Shown here: positions 49,692-61,399 of the stretch, one piece after another
Layout of the letters: each line of letters opens with the position of its first letter
How positions within the stretch are numbered: position 1 is the stretch's first letter
Assembly (NCBI GenBank): GCA_040285855.1
Contig: JAUFOQ010000013.1
Coordinates: 372,001-436,000, forward strand
Direction: 5' to 3'
DNA from: Eukaryota sp. GEM-RC1
Taxonomy: Eukaryota
Length of the DNA stretch: 64,000 nt
Translations under genes and position numbers: made by a program
The notes under the pieces: generated by a model
The model's input: the letters and a program-made list of their open reading frames with translations, nothing else
Database searches by the model: none
What the model was told of the DNA's origin: nothing

Positions 49692-49752
49692 GTTGAGAAG
49701 TGATTTAATTTCAATTTTGGTCAACTCTCTCAACCTTTGTTGGTAGCTGTCA

Positions 49753-51324
49753 ATGCTTCTAGATTTTCATCCACTTTACGCTGATGATATTCCTTACTTT
49801 GACTGCTATGATGGCTATCCATTAGTCATTCCTTATGAAGATTGGAAACTTTCCCTTCTTGATCCGTCTGGTTCAGAAAAAGACCGTCTGGAATTCCTTA
49901 AGAACCAATCCAAGGCAAACAAAAACCTTAACAGTCTTCGTCGAATAATCAAACGAAGAACACTGTGTTCATTTGATTTTCCTTCTTCCACAGACTCTTA
50001 CAGCCTGACAGATTGTTTTGTTGATACCCAAACTCAGCTTCCAACCCAACTACACTATTCAGCTTGGGAAATACACCCTTTTGATCATGTTTTGCCCAAG
50101 TCATCACTCCTAAAATGTGCTGCTGCGCCTCCTCTCAATTTCAAATTGGACGGGGCCTGTTCTGAAGCTGAAGATCTTGCTGTTGATTCAGATGATACGT
50201 CTTCTTCTGGTGAATCTTTGTCTGAAGAGGATGAAGAAACAACAGATAACGTACCAATGTCATCGTCACCAGTGACAACCTCTCCAGTGAAGGAAAACAC
50301 AGTAGTTGAGTCTAGTCAACCTCCTCTGATGATGGAGAAAGTGAAAGAGCCAGAAGTTCCTGAAACTGAGGTCATTGAAATAACATCTGACTATGAATCT
50401 CAACCAAGTACTACAGATAAACCAAGTACTGGTGATAAACAAATCGATACAGATAAACAGACACTTCCAAGTCGCCCCACTTCTCTTCCAGACAACACTC
50501 CCAAGACCATACCTGAACCTCCTAAGACCATACCTGAACCTCCTAAGAGTATATCTGACCCTGCCAAGGTAGATCCCTGTCACGTAGATTCAATCACTTC
50601 CACTCCTCTCCAAGCACCGCCAGTCACTCCTTCCCAGACAATGACTCCAACACTAAGGAGATCCCTGCAGAAGTTCTCCGTTGCCCAGGATCTCATTAAA
50701 CGTTTGAAAGACTCCAATGTTGCCAAGACCATCACTGAGTTACCAAGGAATCGACCAGAAATGGAAGGGATTTATGAACCTTTAGCAAGTAATTATTTCT
50801 ATTGTAGTAGATCACATCGCGATGAAATCATTTCACAGCTTTTAGAAGTGTTTCCTCGTTTAGAGAAAGAACCACTTGATAAGTATTTCAAATTAGTCTA
50901 TCATCAACATCAATATTTAAAATCTCAGAAAATATTCGACAAGGCGCTCAAGGATTTTCTGATTAGGATGAACTACAAGCTAAGTGTTGCTGAGATGGAG
51001 TTGTTTGATAGAGAAACAGCAAAACTTTTCAAATCTGTTCAAAATGCTATAATCAGATTACACAAAAACGGCAGGAAGTTACCACAATCAAATAAGATTG
51101 AACTTGCTCAACGTAAGACATTGTTCTTTAACCAACTCATGGAATACGTACCACAGAATAGACCGAAGGATCTCACTGTTCACTGGTCTAATGCTTTCTC
51201 AATAGATACTCTTGAAGAACAGTGGAAGACTAATGAAAAGGGGAGGAAACGGACTGCTGGTGGTGATACTCCCGCCAAGACAACTGCAGCGTCAGGAGAT
51301 GAGATTGACTTAACACTTGAGTAA
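49753..51324 (+). CDS. 523-aa protein with low-complexity centre; possibly ubinuclein/Hpc2-like
   Basis: Long intact ORF; DSYSLTDCFVD weakly resembles the HRD motif; the function call is tentative. Confidence 0.7.
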   Translation: MLLDFHPLYADDIPYFDCYDGYPLVIPYEDWKLSLLDPSGSEKDRLEFLKNQSKANKNLNSLRRIIKRRTLCSFDFPSSTDSYSLTDCFVDTQTQLPTQLHYSAWEIHPFDHVLPKSSLLKCAAAPPLNFKLDGACSEAEDLAVDSDDTSSSGESLSEEDEETTDNVPMSSSPVTTSPVKENTVVESSQPPLMMEKVKEPEVPETEVIEITSDYESQPSTTDKPSTGDKQIDTDKQTLPSRPTSLPDNTPKTIPEPPKTIPEPPKSISDPAKVDPCHVDSITSTPLQAPPVTPSQTMTPTLRRSLQKFSVAQDLIKRLKDSNVAKTITELPRNRPEMEGIYEPLASNYFYCSRSHRDEIISQLLEVFPRLEKEPLDKYFKLVYHQHQYLKSQKIFDKALKDFLIRMNYKLSVAEMELFDRETAKLFKSVQNAIIRLHKNGRKLPQSNKIELAQRKTLFFNQLMEYVPQNRPKDLTVHWSNAFSIDTLEEQWKTNEKGRKRTAGGDTPAKTTAASGDEIDLTLE

Positions 51325-51368
51325 GACTGATATCTTTTGTTTGTTCTTAGTACTAGCTTTTTGTGCAC

Positions 51369-51590
51369 ATGCCTGTGATTCTGCCTGTGGCTTCTCTGTT
51401 GATGTTAGGTCTGTTGATATTTGCTCTTTATTGGCATCGAACTCGAATTTATTCACATGAAATGTCATTTATTCCGATCCCAACACTTCGCTTCAAAAGA
51501 TCTCCTTCTCATGTCCTACCTCTTCATGTTGTTGTTTCCCCCACTGACAATGAGAGCTTTTCAGATGATGGTGAGATAATTTTCCACTAA
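51369..51590 (+). CDS. Small single-pass membrane protein
   Basis: Hydrophobic N-terminus followed by basic residues; fills the gap between genes; AATAAA downstream. Confidence 0.5.
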   Translation: MPVILPVASLLMLGLLIFALYWHRTRIYSHEMSFIPIPTLRFKRSPSHVLPLHVVVSPTDNESFSDDGEIIFH

Positions 51591-51626
51591 TGTTGGTGTT
51601 GATGTGTTCTATAATAAATGTTTTAT

Positions 51627-52816
51627 TTATTCTGTTTCTGATTCAGAATCTTCAAGTTCTTCTGCAGCTTGGACTGGAAATTTCAATGTGGCAGCTATTC
51701 CTCCCATAGCATTGAGCCTTTGACCAGTTTCATTAAAGGAAGACAACACATGAACCTCACCCCCTGACTGTTTAACACGATCTGTCATATCCACGAGGTA
51801 CTTCCGCCTTTCCTTATCAGTAGTTCTAAACATTGAGTCAGTAATGAACAGTTCAGCGATAGCAAATGCTTCATCACATAGCGACACTGCACGGAAACCA
51901 TACTGGCATAACGATGAGTCACGAGCCAAACGGGATAAAAAGGAATTCCACTTCTGAACTTCAAGTGCAACTTTGGTTGTGTTGAGAAATCTGGCAACAT
52001 TAGGATCATTCAGAGCAGTGTACAATGAGCTCAAATGACCAGAAGCAGTACTACAAGAAATAAACATCGATATCGACCTTGACAAGGTTACATTGTTCTC
52101 GCGGATAGCTCTCTCTTTGATGTGGTTGATGATTTGTTCTGAAAGATGTCCAGGCGTACCCACAAGAACAACTTTAAGAGCATTAAAGTCGAAGTTATGA
52201 CAAACAGCGACATAAATTTTGTCAAAGAATTTGCCAAACTTTTTTTCATATGATTCTACAGATCCAGCTCCTCTTTTCTTAGGTAAACTTACCTGAATCT
52301 TTGCTACTTTTTTTAAAGTAGATCTGGTTAAGAGAGCAACATTACAAAGTCCAGGTTCAGCGACAATAGAACCAACATCTGCCTGATTTGAAGCATCAGC
52401 AGCGTCGTTTAGAGTATCAAGGTGGTATGAGTCCCACTCCTCCTTAAATAATGAGATTTTCTGATGAGGAACTAATTGAAGTGCTTGATAGGATCCCTGA
52501 AGATGAGCACGTATCAAGAAATACCTGTCTAATGTTCTCGTGTGCCTCCGTAGTTTTTCCATTCACACGGATGGAGTGAGTAGCAGTATCAAAGTCGATC
52601 TGTTCCACTTTTATGGAGATTGTTACCTTAATCTTCTTACTATCGCCTCGTTCTCCGGAGGAAGTTTCTTTCTGTATCTTGCGAGAAGCACTGCTTCTAA
52701 TTACGTCACCCTGTTCAATAACATTATAAAGAACATAGATATCGTCTTCTGTTTCCAGGCTGTACAACTAAGGTCCCACCACCTCCTTTTTGGAAGTCCT
52801 TCTTGAAAATCCTCAT
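51627..52816 (-). CDS. PELO: Pelota/Dom34 ribosome rescue factor (2 exons)
   Basis: MRIFKKDF..ETEDDIYVLYNVIEQGD.., KEEWD, YG..V..AIAELFITDSMFR, GGIAATLKFP; intron 52497-52524; one extra base near 52756. Confidence 0.92.
52497..52524 (-). other. 28-nt spliceosomal intron
   Basis: GTATTTCTTGATACGTGCTCATCTTCAG; removing it gives in-frame ENIRQ|GSYQAL, matching pelota. Confidence 0.85.
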
Positions 52817-53336
52817 TGATAGTTTTGAAAGAAGATTTGATGAGTTTTCTCTCTTCCCAACTACTTTCCACTCTTTTTCTGACTGTTAGATGTTGACAGA
52901 ACCCGAGCCCCCTTTTCTTCTCCCGAACTATATTTGTGTGAGTTTAAGATAAAATCCTAAGTCTCCTTGTTCTTGGTATTCATGATTCAAACCTTCATCA
53001 TCTTACATCTCTTCTATCACATGGCAGTGAATTGCTTTTCCTTGTTTTCTTGTTGAAATTGTTCTGTTCTCCTTGTAATTCATGTAAAATGAATCAACAT
53101 TCTTCGTAGACGGTTTGCAATTTGACATGATTTAATACAGCTGTCTAGTATCATCTTCGACGTTATCCTTTTGAAGCGCAATTCAATGTTTCGGTATTTG
53201 TAGTTCTGTTATTTGTGCCAATACTCTTACAATGATTGTCAAGGATATTGATTGGTGGAAAGTTCTTGTGCAGATTTACAACAATACAACTAAAATAGTG
53301 CAATTATAAAATGAAGAAGTGACCAACTGTTTTATA

Positions 53337-53352
53337 AGTGTTGAAAAACACC
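53337..53352 (-). promoter_or_regulatory. Histone H4 3' stem-loop
   Basis: GGTGTT-TTTC-AACACT, 21 nt after the stop. Confidence 0.8.
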
Positions 53353-53373
53353 AACCAATTGAAGAGAAACAAC

Positions 53374-53685
53374 CTAGACACCAAAACCGTACAAGACACG
53401 TCCATGACGTTTCAAAGCATAAACAACATCCATAGCAGTGACAGTCTTCCTTCTAGCATGCTCACAATAAGTAACTGAATCACGGATGACGTTTTCCAAG
53501 AAAGTACGGAGAACGGTACGAGTTTCATCATAGATAAGAGCAGAGATACGCTTAACACCACCACGGCGAGCTAGACGACGGATAGCGGGCTTTGTGATAC
53601 CCTGAATGTTTTCACGAAGAACTTTGCGATGACGTTTAGCTCCACCTTTACCAAGACCTTTACCACCTTTACCACGACCAGCCAT
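53374..53685 (-). CDS. H4: Histone H4
   Basis: [36 protein letters not shown]. Confidence 0.99.
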   Translation of the reverse strand: MAGRGKGGKGLGKGGAKRHRKVLRENIQGITKPAIRRLARRGGVKRISALIYDETRTVLRTFLENVIRDSVTYCEHARRKTVTAMDVVYALKRHGRVLYGFGV

Positions 53686-53936
53686 TAGAATAGATAATAT
53701 GCAAGAGATTCAACATTTTGGAAGTTGAATTGAGAATGTCAAATTGTTGTGCTTGAAAGAATTTCTCGTGTTGTGTTGGAGTCTTCGTCAATTGGTAAAC
53801 ACGTGTGGGTTTTACTAAGTGAATTGTTGCGTGTTTTGAAACAGTTTGAGATTTGATGTGACACGACCTGTAAATGAAACATTTAGGAGTTTGTTTGACA
53901 ATGCTAGAATATAAGACTTCAAGTATTACCCACAAC

Positions 53937-54907
53937 CAGGGGTTTGAAATATGGCATGGGCCATATTATGGATTGTGTCCAAATCAGTTGCCGCCATAAT
54001 GGCCATAATCAATTACGCTTCCCATACTTATGGCCATTATGGACCCCATAACAACAGCAACAACAATACAGTTTATTTTCAATAAAAAATAACAAGGAAT
54101 CAGACCTTATATAACATATCTGAACTTTCAATCTATAAAAACCTCTTCTTCATCATTGTCGTCTCTCAAAATGGATGAAACAGTTTCCTGGTCGCACTGG
54201 TCTTTGTACATCATTTGAAATAGCTGCCTTTCAAGATTTGCATTAGTTAGAGAGAACCATAACAAAACCATTAGCTGTCGGGCACGACTGAAGAGTCGTT
54301 CGACTGGGTTGGGTTTACTGTCACTTGTTGAAATGGGAAACACTGACTTCTCATTTCCTTCTACACAAATTACAGTAATTAGTGTACGTGTACAAATAGT
54401 GTAACTGTCGAAAAACTATGTTATAGAAAAACGATAATGTAGTTTGTTCTTCGGCTTTGCTATATTCTTGAGCAACTGAATCACTGGCTTCTACCTCTTG
54501 ACTTACTTCTACTGAGGCCCAAACTTGACAACGATCAGTAACTTGGTCAAGACTCGGTATTCGAGCCTACTGTTTTGGGGGGAGGTTGGATAGTGTGTTA
54601 AGATAATTAATTGACAACAATAACACCACTATTTCCACTCATCCTAGCAAAATTGATCAACAGTTTTTGTCAAGGAATATATTTTATAAGTTTTACCGAT
54701 CACAGAACCCTAAAATCCACTGTTTAAATGTATCTATTACTGCTGTTTCCCCATAAGTTGGTTAATTGAAATCTAGAAATTATGGACCCCCATATATGGC
54801 CATGATATGGGACGAATAGCCATAATTGATTTTGACGTTCCATACTTATGGTATGGCCATTATGGGGAATTATGGATATGGGTCCATGCCGTATTTCAAA
54901 CCCCCTG
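53937..54907 (-). mobile_element. Non-autonomous hAT element inside the histone cluster
   Basis: TIRs CAGGGG(G)TTTGAAATAYGGCATGG; perfect 8-bp TSD CCCACAAC; VERLFSRA dimerisation-domain remnant; ATGG/CCAT subterminal repeats. Confidence 0.9.
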
Positions 54908-54982
54908 CCCACAACGAACAATTCAGTCGATGATAGGTAAGAAAACAGAAAGAAACTAACATGTTTTTTATAAAATAGAAAC

Positions 54983-54998
54983 AGTGTTGATAAACACC
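54983..54998 (-). promoter_or_regulatory. Histone H3 3' stem-loop
   Basis: GGTGTT-TATC-AACACT, 13 nt after the stop. Confidence 0.8.
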
Positions 54999-55011
54999 AT
55001 TGATTAAATAC

Positions 55012-55419
55012 TTAGAAATCCGAACGAATTCTCTTAGCTAAAGCCATATCCTTGGGCATAATTGTAACTCTTTTAGCATGAATGGCACACAAGTTAGTGT
55101 CCTCAAAAAGACCAACTAGATAAGCTTCAGCAGCTTCTTGTAGAGCTGAAATACCAGTGGCTTGGAAACGGAGTTCTCCCTTGAATTCTTGAGCGATTTC
55201 ACGAACTAAACGTTGGAAAGGCAGTTTACGGATCAGCAATTCAGTAGATTTTTGGTACTTTCTGATTTCACGAAGAGCAACGGTTCCAGGACGATAACGA
55301 TGGGGTTTCTTGATTCCACCAGTAGCAGGTGCTGCTTTACGGGCAGCTTTATGAGCCAAATGCTTTCTGGGGGTTTTGGCAGAAGTGGTTTTGCGAGAAG
55401 TTTGCTTAGTACGAGCCAT
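55012..55419 (-). CDS. H3: Histone H3
   Basis: [48 protein letters not shown]. Confidence 0.99.
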   Translation of the reverse strand: MARTKQTSRKTTSAKTPRKHLAHKAARKAAPATGGIKKPHRYRPGTVALREIRKYQKSTELLIRKLPFQRLVREIAQEFKGELRFQATGISALQEAAEAYLVGLFEDTNLCAIHAKRVTIMPKDMALAKRIRSDF

Positions 55420-55723
55420 GATAAGATGAAGTAATGGTAATTGTAGGGTTTTCGAACATTTCAAGACATTCTGGAATTCTCGTGCAGAGAATTTTTGTAG
55501 TGCTTATTGTCGTGTTGGTTTTACATTCATTGAAGTGATGTGTTTTACAATGGTTTAGGTTGTTTCAGTGGTAGTTGTGCAACAGAGTTACGCTGTAACA
55601 GTAAAGACGCTCAGAAGCTTTACCGATCGCTTTGTGAGTTATTTTGATGATAATGAATCACATGTTGTTATGTGTTAAACAGAAACCCTGAGAAAGAAGA
55701 TTTAGAAGAAATTAGTTTATAAA

Positions 55724-55739
55724 AGTGTTGAGAAACACC
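55724..55739 (-). promoter_or_regulatory. Histone H2B 3' stem-loop
   Basis: GGTGTT-TCTC-AACACT, 15 nt after the stop. Confidence 0.8.
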
Positions 55740-55754
55740 GATAACTGAAAGAAC

Positions 55755-56183
55755 CTATTCAGCTTCTCCAGAAGAACTAAACTTGGTAACAGCCTTGGTT
55801 CCTTCAGAAACAGCATGCTTGGAAAGTTCACCAGGTAGAAGAAGTCTGACAGCAGTTTGAATCTCGCGAGAAGACAAAGTGTTTCTCTTGTTAATACGGG
55901 CAAGACGAGAAGCTTCAGTAGCAATACGTTCAAAGATGTCATTGACAAAAGAGTTCATGATACCCATGGCCTTGGTTGAAATACCAGTATCGGGATGAAC
56001 TTGACGCAAAACACGGTAGATATAGGTAGCCCAGGTCTCCTTACGGGCCTTCTTACGCTTAACTACAACTGGGGCACCACCTTCGGCAACGGCTTTAGCG
56101 GGAGCCTTTGAAGGGGCTTTGGCTGGTACACCTTTGATAGACTTGGTGGATTTGGTAGACTTTACAGATTTCTTTCCTGGCAT
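55755..56183 (-). CDS. H2B: Histone H2B
   Basis: [46 protein letters not shown]; start at ATG 56183. Confidence 0.98.
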   Translation of the reverse strand: MPGKKSVKSTKSTKSIKGVPAKAPSKAPAKAVAEGGAPVVVKRKKARKETWATYIYRVLRQVHPDTGISTKAMGIMNSFVNDIFERIATEASRLARINKRNTLSSREIQTAVRLLLPGELSKHAVSEGTKAVTKFSSSGEAE

Positions 56184-56326
56184 TGTAAGTTGAATATTGA
56201 GTTTGACAATTTCTTGGAAGAAAAACATGAATTCCAGTGGGTCGGCACACCACGAGAATCTCTGCCTCACCTGGGTTGTCGTGTTCTTTTCTTACGAGAA
56301 TTCATTTCCATCATAATTCTCTCTCA

Positions 56327-56707
56327 ATGTCTGAAGAAACTGGTGCTCGTACTCTCTCCTACAAAGCTGGACTCCAATTCCCCGTTGGTCGTATCCGTAG
56401 ATATCTACGTGAAGGCAAGTATTCCGAACGTGTTGGTGCTGGAGCTCCTGTTTACATGGCTGCCGTCCTTGAGTATCTAACTGCTGAAGTTTTGGAATTG
56501 TCTGGTAACGCTGCAAGAGACAACAAGAAGTCTCGTATTGTTCCTCGTCATATTCTCTTGGCTATCCGTAATGATGAAGAACTCAGCAAGCTCTTGTCTC
56601 ATATCATGATTCCTTCCGGTGGTGTTTTGCCTCATATTCACTCTGATTTGTTACCTAAAGGTTCCAGATCTCGCGATACTGCTGAGTCTGGCTCTCAAGA
56701 GATTTAA
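56327..56707 (+). CDS. H2A: Histone H2A with an H2A.X-type SQEI tail
   Basis: [40 protein letters not shown]; divergent from H2B. Confidence 0.98.
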   Translation: MSEETGARTLSYKAGLQFPVGRIRRYLREGKYSERVGAGAPVYMAAVLEYLTAEVLELSGNAARDNKKSRIVPRHILLAIRNDEELSKLLSHIMIPSGGVLPHIHSDLLPKGSRSRDTAESGSQEI

Positions 56708-56720
56708 GTTGTTGGCGTTT

Positions 56721-56736
56721 GGTGTTTTTCAACACT
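56721..56736 (+). promoter_or_regulatory. Histone H2A 3' stem-loop
   Basis: GGTGTT-TTTC-AACACT, 13 nt after the stop. Confidence 0.8.
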
Positions 56737-57021
56737 GTTTAAATATAAACCTTTTCTTCCTTAGTTGTGAAATACACGAACTTTCACTTAAAACGATCGA
56801 AAGTGTAACATAAAAGTATTTCTGAGATTGCGTTGATAACGTACCCAAAGAATGAATTTAGACTTTCCTCCTGAAGAGTACAAAAGGTTAGTGATAATCT
56901 AATGTGCTTTGTCAACAGAACATAAGTACAGTACTAATATCTCCAGTAAGTTCTTTGTATGTGTGACACTCTGATTGATCACAAGTAGATGAATGATTGT
57001 CATTTACAAATTCATATCTCA

Positions 57022-57613
57022 ATGAACACAGTTTCCATCTACTTGATTCTAGTACTCGTAGTGTTGCTAGTAGTTGCTGTAATTCGTCGTGGTATGATTT
57101 TCAATCGCTTTCCAAGGCTTCCACGTGGACTTGTGATTGGACTTGATGGGTCTGGTAAAACACTTCTTCTAAATACGTTGAAAAATGACAATAAACGTGA
57201 TCCTTTTCCTACAATGGGATTCAATGCTGTAACAGTGGACCTTTCTAGAAGGAAGTCTGTTATCTTATGGGATCTTCGAGGTGTTCAGGAGATTAGAAGT
57301 GTTTGGCGTTGCTACTACTCCCAGGATTCATGTTCCTTTCTAGTGTTTGTCATTGATGGATCTGAACCGACGAGATTTGAGAAAGCGAGAGAGGAACTTC
57401 TTCGACTAGATAAAGAACCTGATATTCCTGAGAATGTTCCGTGTGTAATTCTTTGCAACAAGAAGGATCTCCCTGACTATATCTCATCCAATGAGGTGGG
57501 TGAAGCTTTGGAAATCACTGATTTAAAAAAGAAATTGGGAGATAATTGAGTCGTCATCAATGGATCGAACGTATCTCCAAGAGTTCAGGAGTTGGATGAT
57601 TCAGAGACTATGA
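57022..57613 (+). CDS. ARF-like small GTPase with an N-terminal transmembrane helix
   Basis: GLDGSGKT, PTMGFN, WDLRG, W..YY, NKKD; a frameshift in the A-run near 57526 restores the tail RNWEIIESS..WMIQRL*. Confidence 0.85.
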
Positions 57614-57925
57614 GGCTTCATACAATCTTTGCTTGACTTTTTAACGTCTTCAATTCAATCGTTTCAAAAATTAATTAGGTTAACGATACACGAAATTCGA
57701 ACAAAACATGTTCTTTTGAGTGAAACAATAAATGTTGAAGATTGATCGCTTAGTTCTGATGTCGGCAAACTTTCTACGATTTTAAAGATGTGTGTCAGTG
57801 AAGTTGGAGAAGATCCGTTAGAATGTTCTATCTAATTTTGGTCAAAACAAAATATGTTTTCAAACCTTGACCCGGACAAACCAAATTGAACCAAACAATA
57901 TATCATTTTCAGCAACTATGTCAAC

Positions 57926-58259
57926 CAGTGAACGCTAACACGTAGCATGGCCTGACACGAAACACGCGTGTTAACACGTGTTAGGAATTTTCACTGATTT
58001 CTAACACGCCAATATCGGTTGCCATTTTCGTTCAGAATGATGTAAAAATGTCTTGTGTTGATGAAAGAATGAAAGACAACGTTTTAGAAGTCCCCTACAG
58101 GTATTAGAGTATCGTAGGGAAGAATCTGTAGAAGAACTGAGTTATTTATCGTTGCGCCAGAAACCAGGAAAAATTCTTGTAGCACAAACACGTAACACAC
58201 GTGGTAAAACGTGGTAAAACGTGGTAGATTCAATTATTTGAGCGTGTTAGCGTTCACTG
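57926..58259. mobile_element. hAT-type MITE
   Basis: 17-bp perfect TIR CAGTGAACGCTAACACG; TSD ATGTCAAC/ATGACAAC. Confidence 0.85.
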
Positions 58260-60511
58260 ATGACAACTTACGTAATCTAAACTTACTTCAGGACCAATAA
58301 AATAAGATACATATATTGATCTGTTGAGCGACAAAAATTAACCATTCCCATACAGGTGATTAAACCATGATTTCTTGTATATTCTAAGTAGTATATGGAT
58401 TATTCTCGTGTTACTGTGGAGAATTATAACTCTTACATTTTCTGAATTTGTTTGAGTTAGTCTACTAGTATCGTTGCAATTGACGATCACGTGTTCTTAC
58501 CTAAGTTGCCGAATGCGCACTAGCCCTGGCAATTTGTGGCACGGAATATGAAGTATACTACTCACTTTGTCTTAAGTATTTCTGGTCCATTCTGGAACAG
58601 AAAAATTGAAAATCGTAAATATATACAGTAATCTAGTACTCATTTTCCTGCTGCGACAGTGTAACCTGGTTAATTAGACAAGGTTGTCAGCTGCGTACTG
58701 TTACGGTTTTTGATTTAGTTCAAATTGATGAAACCAGGGGTTGGAAAAAATATAGCACATTAAGAATAATAACAATATGATATTGTTGGGACCCACAGAA
58801 TAACATTTTATTGTAATATATTACTGTTTTATAGATAGAGAAATATTTATACAACAGTGGTTTACAGAATCTATGTGGAAAAATACTCTGTGTAATAAAA
58901 TATACTTTGCTTCCTTAAGGAAACTAAACAAGACCATGCAGTAATTTCTACATTCGCCTTCAACTGCCAACTTATTGCTTCAAGCACCAGCAATTAAGAA
59001 TAAATTGACCTTCCAATCCTTCACCCACCCTCTAACAAAGTGGAGAGAAGGTTACGATTAACATTTCAATAAGAGCAGACAAGAACACATAGACCATCTA
59101 GAACAAAAGGCCCTTTAGCCTTAAGACTGAAGGCCCGTATGACACTCATCGTTGATGTGCAAAGTCTGTCAATTCAAATCCAGATGTTTGACAACTTTAC
59201 ATTGCCCAAAAATGTTTGCTCCTTTAGATGCGACATTCCTGAATTATTGTGGCATATCAACTATTCCCACAAAAATGAAATATCCTCTCCAAAGAATCGT
59301 ATGTTGTTTGTAGCGATTACTGGAACTTACATTGTTTGCAGTTGTTCATACTAGACCTTGGAATCCGGTTTAGTCTCTCAAATCAATTCCGATCGGATTG
59401 AGTTTTTGCTCTAATACATTTAATTGATTGTGTTTTAGTTTTTGCCCTAATCTTGCTGTTTTAGCTCCATTAAGAAATGACGTCCTTTGAACTTGTTTTT
59501 TTTTTGTAAAAGGCATGCTAACGAAATAATTCTATTAAGATTTCTTAATCCAAAAATGACATCAATTGTCATCATCAAGGAAAGTCCATCATCAGCCATA
59601 AATCCAAGTTTTGTTCATGAATTGAGTAAAACCATCACTTGAAATTTGTCACATTTGCGACATGCTCTTTCTTCGGACACAGCTAACCCAGCACGGGAAA
59701 ACAGTCTTTCACATGGTAAAACTGATGCCTGTATTGAATAACAATCACAGAAGAGTCAAGCAAGTGTTGGATAAGATAAGTGCTTTCATTTACCAAATTG
59801 ATGGACTTCGATGTTGCTGGTGGCAGAACCCGAGAGGACGTCGTAATACCGGTACTGTTCTTTTGACCGACTAAAAAAACTTATTACTATTTTGAACAGG
59901 ATGATCCAATGTGAGATTTCAATAGTTACCATCGACATAAATCCTACCGTTAAACACTGCTCAGGATATCAATATCGTGATTATCACACTTATTCAAATT
60001 TAGAGACGTCATTTGCTGACCACAACTTCCCCAAAATGACATTTCTACGTAAGCAGCTCAGCAGTCGCTCGACATCAACAATAGTAGTAACGTCTTCGAA
60101 TTACAATGCATTCATTGAGTGTCTACGACGTAATATAACAATGATAAAGGGCCCAAAAACCCACAGATTGTATTTCTAAACCATCAGAAGATGCAGTAGC
60201 AATTTGCACTAGTACTGTGTTTGACTAGTGAATGAACCTCAACCTCCACTCAAAAGAAAGTATTTGTAAATCCATTTCGATTATTCATAAATAGGTTTTT
60301 CATAAAATCAAATGACATCGGTACGTACCAACGATTTGCGCTCATTGCTTATGATTAATACAGTGAATTACATGAATTGCTTTTGTAAAAAGAATAACTA
60401 ACAGACACCATCTAATGTATCTATGTTATTATGAGTAAAGTAATCAGATGTATTTTGCGTCCACAACAGTACCAAAATCATTAGAATTATTCAATTTTGA
60501 AATTTTTGTCA

Positions 60512-61393
60512 TTCAGAAAAACAAATATAAGCGCAGTCTATAGATACTACTCAGAAACTTTTGCCTCATGCATTATCAATAAATAGTAATAAGCCACATA
60601 TCAACCACATATTCTTACTTCTGAATGAAGTTAAATTATATTTCTACCTCTAAATTTGGAAGAAATGATCTCAAATCAACCAGAAGAACATATACTGTAT
60701 GGCAATCACACAATATATATCAAAGAACAAAAAATACGCTCAACGAAATAAGTAGATGCTGAATCTGCTAAATTGAAGAACTACTGAAAATGGAGAAACT
60801 TACCACAATGACAATGTTAACAACTTAATTCAACGATTTCAAGTACATGATCAGTCCAAAATAATGGAGCAAATGGATAACAATTCCACTGCAGAATTTG
60901 AGAAGAGTTATAGTAAGAGTAATTGCAGAATTACTCACAGATTTGATTGTTAAAGTGTAATTAATTAGATTTGCATTTATTTCGCGTAATTCATCAGGAG
61001 ATTCCACTTAGCTCTGTTTTCTCAGAGACAACCATAAACTGAACCACTGCCATTGAAGATACTGTGAGCATTGCTACAACAACTTCCATCAACATTGAAC
61101 TTTAACTCGTCAATGACTCCAACAGAAAGATGATTAGTAGTCTCATGGTACCTCAACTTCCGAGTACACTCATTACCTGGAAGAAGTGGATCTTCTCCCA
61201 AGATATTTCTACAACTAAGATTACCACTTCCACAAACAACTCTCTTTCTATACACACTACCTTGTAACTCAGAATGTTTCTTCGTTTGAGGAATCTAACC
61301 ACTTTTGATTGAGAAACTGACTGGTAAACCAGTTGAGTTTCTGTAGCGGCATGTTTTAGTTGTTCAATTTCTCGTTTCAATTGAAAGCTTTCA
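60512..61393. repeat. ~880-bp direct repeat, copy 1 (contains a decayed minus-strand SPRY-like gene end)
   Basis: Nearly identical to 62519-63401; ILGEDPLLPGN..KLRY..LSVGVIDE. Confidence 0.9.
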
Positions 61394-61399
61394 AATTAA

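Noticed and set aside
53374..56707. Viral histones belonging to the island
   Set aside because: They are conventional single eukaryotic histones among host genes, >20 kb from the island and lacking its upstream motif
42666..57613. Programmed frameshifting in the kinase, pelota and ARL genes
   Set aside because: Single-base shifts fall in homopolymers in unrelated genes, including a conserved housekeeping gene; long-read consensus errors are more likely
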